Shown one piece after another: positions 59,950 to 64,000 of a DNA stretch of 64,000 nucleotides. Within the stretch, counting starts at the first letter, position 1; each line of letters begins with the position of its first letter. A program made the position numbers and the translations under genes. This stretch comes from Raillietiella orientalis (lineage: Eukaryota): positions 1,922,001 through 1,986,000 of the forward strand of contig JAYWIR010000006.1 of assembly GCA_036172245.1 (NCBI GenBank), written 5' to 3'. The notes beneath the pieces are model-generated. The model saw nothing but the letters and a program-made list of their open reading frames with translations, ran no database searches and was not told where the DNA came from.

Positions 59950-61950
59950 CGTCGGGAACATCGCTCCATTCGAGGCTGACTAACACCTACCGCCATTCAG
60001 AAAGGGATAAATACAGCTGTGCTTCATTGCCGAATAAATCTTCCTGCTGCCATAGGAAATAGCATGATTGGATTTGCAATTGATGTTCATCCCCAAAGAA
60101 TAGCAGTCCAAGAAATCATTAGAGATCTGATCTTCTTGGAGATCATCCTCGCCAACCACGAAGTGATGTATTCGAGTATCTCAGCACGACAGAGTCTCTT
60201 TTTCCTACATGGTGGATTACTGTTCCTGAACAATTACACAGACGCACACGTCTTTCCACCTACGCGAGGCGGCGGAGTCCCTCCGAACTGTCTTACGTGG
60301 AAGTTTGACTTTATCCAAAGGATTCGAAACAACATGACATGAGCTTTGGACTAATCGCCGGGACGAAGCATTTGCTCTTGAAACCATTTCCGCATTTTTC
60401 TTGTTTTGTTCGAGTTCCCATTGCGACAGCATTTCTCCGAAACATCGATAAGGCAACCGGAATGCATCCAAGGTTCCCCATGTCCGTAACGCCTAGAATG
60501 AGCGTTGTTTTCTTGAAACAGACGACTCCCTGCATCTTTTCTTGGGAACCCTTGCTCTTGGGAACCTAGAAGAAAAACCCTCTTGCGGAAATCGTGCCTA
60601 TCCAATTTTCCAAAAAGATAGTCTCTAAACTTAGAAGTCTTATGTATCTCTTGTTTCCCTAGAATAGCAAAGCAGGAGTACAAGCAGGCATTAATACCTT
60701 GTCCTTATCGGTATTAGGATGTTTCTCTTGAAGAATGATGCATGACTGCGTGCTTCTTGATATTCAGGAATGGGAACTCACCCAGCTTCCACCCAATGTT
60801 GATGCGGCACTTCCCACTCAACGCTTACTCTTTACTCAGTTTCACTTTCTACAGGGATCCATCACTTTGGAAACATCTGAAAATGCTTCCCATGTTATGG
60901 TGGAGAATTCAGTAAGAGCATCACAGACGTTTGATGGCCTTGATGAAAGCCCTGAGAGCGTCAGTGCTAATATAGAATAAAAGCACTGCAGTTCGATCAC
61001 CGTACGAGATGCAATCTACAAGATTTATGGCTTGTTACCTTCAGGACTCAAGAACAAACTGCGCTTAGGTCTCTTATCCAACATTCTAAATACACTAAAG
61101 GAATAATTCTTCCGGGTACTGTTGCGAAAGGGGAATTTGAAAGCAGTCATTCATATGGTACTGCTGTAGCAATCTTTAGAAGAGTTCTTAAGAAGCTTGA
61201 GATAAAAGTTTTGCTAGATTATAGGCAAAAGCGGATCAGTATTTAGGAGCGATTCCATGTTCGCGGGTTTTTTTGTTTTGTTTTTGAGACTTTGAAGGAT
61301 TCATGTGGAGCTTTGTGTTTTCGACAAAAGACGTCCTTGAGTTTTCGAAAATTGTTCCGGAAATTCTTCAAAAAAGAAAGAAACCTTACAACGCTGATTA
61401 CGCATCGCATGCAAGGAAACGAAGCTAAAAATCCAACATTTAGGCAAACGTTACACCCTCCCAGTTATGAGGAAGGCATTAGAAGAATAGAAACCTCTAA
61501 CAGCATTTTACAGTTTTCATCTTCAGATACCTCCAAAATAGATCGAAGGAAATCTTTTTTCACATTTCCGAGCATCGAGTCACTGTGCTAACGGCGTGTC
61601 GTCTGGAAGCACTTGAGGACATTTTGAAAATGGAAACCGCTGAAGAACGGAAGCAAATTGATCCACCTACACTAGGGAAAAGCGAGCAATTAGTTGAAGT
61701 CGCAGTCTTCAGCGTTAGACAAAGATGTGGATGTCGAGAGTTCCAGCAACGAATTGTGAAGGTTTGGCTCTGTGTCAGAAGCACTGGGGAAGGAGAGCTG
61801 CGCCTTCGAATGCCAAACACTTGAAATGCTTCCCTTGAAGCAGGTCAAGCGCAAATCACAAACCACAAAAATGTTATGTTGGATTTGATCAAGCAGACGA
61901 GGTTTGTGCGGTAGGCGCAGTGGATTCCCGGTCGTTTGAAGCACACGAGC
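59950..61950 (-). mobile_element. Possible very decayed P/THAP9-like DNA transposase relic
   Basis: Weak motif echoes only: ILEYITSWLARMISKK (about 60135-60183; YIAG.V.R..KK-like), LSMFRR, and VVC near 61860. Confidence 0.2.
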
Positions 61951-64000
61951 TCCTGATCATGCGAAACTTCACGGAAGCACTCAAGAGAGCAAACCAACTC
62001 TTCACTGAGCTACGAATTATGCACTCAAAGGAATTGCGAAACAAATTGGAGCAAAATATCTGATGTTCGGAAGGACTTCCGGTTCAGCTGTTCCCATTTC
62101 TCCTCACTGTCTGTATCCACGTCATAACGCCGTGTCGATCAGATTTTCAAACGCATAGTATTACATATAACAGACATGGGCGTAATTAGCGTATGGCTCT
62201 TCCTTCTCAAGAAGCCGTTGGCTGAGAAATTTGCCCTTGCTGTCTTCTGACTCTCTGCAAGTGAACAAGGTCAGCGCAGGCATCCAGTGGAGATGCTGGA
62301 CCGCCTTGATAGCCTTGCTGTATGCAGTGCCAAGTCAAGTTTTCCTTGTGTCCAGCTAGGTCACTCTCTCGTGATCCGGTGTGCTTTCTCCATCAAACTC
62401 CCCTCGTTCCCCAAAGTCCCGGAGATTCTACGTGAAGCTTTCAATGGTGGCATCCTCGCGACCTCCATTTCGGTTCTCACACGCAACATTATGGGGAAGA
62501 GATCCTCTTCCTTGCTCTGAGCTGCTCCTGGCATACAGTTGTTGCATTTAGCGATGGTGAGAGCGCCCTCGAGCAACCCAAGGGGCTCTGCGCTTCAATA
62601 TGGCTGCTAATTGAGATCCGTCTTCCGGACGAATGTCAGTAAGGACGAGCTCAGTTCAATCTGTGACTCATCATGACTTCCCAATGTACGCCCCTAGAAC
62701 ACTAGGTGGGCGTGCAGACCACCTCCTTCTCCATGTTGCCTGCCTGTTTTTCTGTAATCTTCAGCGCCCTCTTCTCTCCCAGAATCTTGCAGTCCCAAGT
62801 ATCCTACGACGACTGTCTCTTCTGCAAGGTGAAGAGGGGAACCATTCCTCGATATTTGCTCTCCTTCTTCTGCCTTGCTTACTGCGTCGTCTTTAATGAA
62901 CACAGCGCATCTAGAATGATGGCTGGTCCCTCTCTCTCTTTGTGGCCCCAAATATGGTTTTTACCCTGAAATCCGTTCCTGGAACGAACTTATTGTTCGA
63001 GGTGCTCCTCCAGTATTTTACCTCCTCGAATTCTTCCAGATATGATTGATGATGCTCGTACAGATGAGAGATTCATTCCTGTCTACCATGTAAGTTTGTA
63101 TTTCAACAGCTGGAGGTTGCCTAGGAAACTCCCTAAGGCATAGAGCTGTCCCACCCAAGGCATGCTCCTCCCTCCTGTCAAGAATTTCCATGCTTACGCT
63201 GCATCAGCGCAGGTCCGAAGTGCTCTTCGTTCGTCATGTGGGCATCGACGGTAGAATATTCGAGTGGGAGCCTCCGCGGTATCTGGAAACCCACTTTCTT
63301 TTGGCTCGTTTCTATGCCTGTCTACCTATGGTTGCAGATTCTTGGAACATCACTGTTGTGCTTGTTGTATTTCCCAGATGTTTCTGGGGTCTCCAAGACT
63401 GAGTGCTTTGAGCTTCAGCGAACAGAGCAGTTTCAAATTGTCGCGCTTCCTTCGCACTAACTAGCATCTCGGCGACATGCAGTTTCATCTTCAGAAGGTG
63501 AACCCTTGCGCTCGTATCTTCGTCTGCCGTAGATGCTGTTGGTAGTTTTCTGTAATGTCTCCAAGAAGGCTCTTCATTGATCTCCTGTAGTGCAGAAGGT
63601 TCCAATTTTTCATGATTGCCAGATCGATTGCCTGCATCATGGCTACTATGTTAGAACACGGAGATTCCAGCTGGAAGCTTTTCCAATACCCTTAACGCAG
63701 AGTGTCCCACACAATTAATTGTCAGCAAGAACTTTCCTGCAGCTCCGCTTCCTACCGTTTTAGACATTTCTCAGAAGTTTTGGAAGTCACCTATACAGTT
63801 TTTATTTTTTTTTGTTAACATAAGGGTGATGTCAAATGCCGCAGTCTCCCGTATCCCGCTGGAACGTCATGGGATCCGAAATAGATGAAGACAATCCTCG
63901 CCGTTTTATCGATTCGATTTCTTCCTTGAAGATCCGTCCCCAATAAACGGCCGTCCCAGTTAACCGATGGTGCAATAACAGGAAGTTACCGTATAATGAC

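Overview
Eukaryotic (most likely arthropod) genomic DNA with no prokaryotic features. The ORF track is mostly noise because the real coding sequence is spliced. The window is dominated by one minus-strand, multi-exon gene for a Sidestep (Side/nephrin-like) immunoglobulin-superfamily receptor: five Ig domains, one FN3 domain, a transmembrane helix and a probable cytoplasmic exon. I reconstructed 11 exons by hand (54184 to 11273), all with GT-AG boundaries and consistent phases; the signal-peptide exon was not found. The large introns are filled with decayed transposons: about a dozen heavily mutated DIRS-type (tyrosine-recombinase) retrotransposon relics, two Tx1/L1-like non-LTR copies, and four copies of a tRNA-headed SINE. 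The most striking pattern is that every DIRS-like and Tx1-like relic I could read lies on the minus strand, co-oriented with the host gene, while the SINEs occur in both orientations. The DIRS calls rest on degenerate motifs read by eye across frameshifts and need profile searches to confirm.
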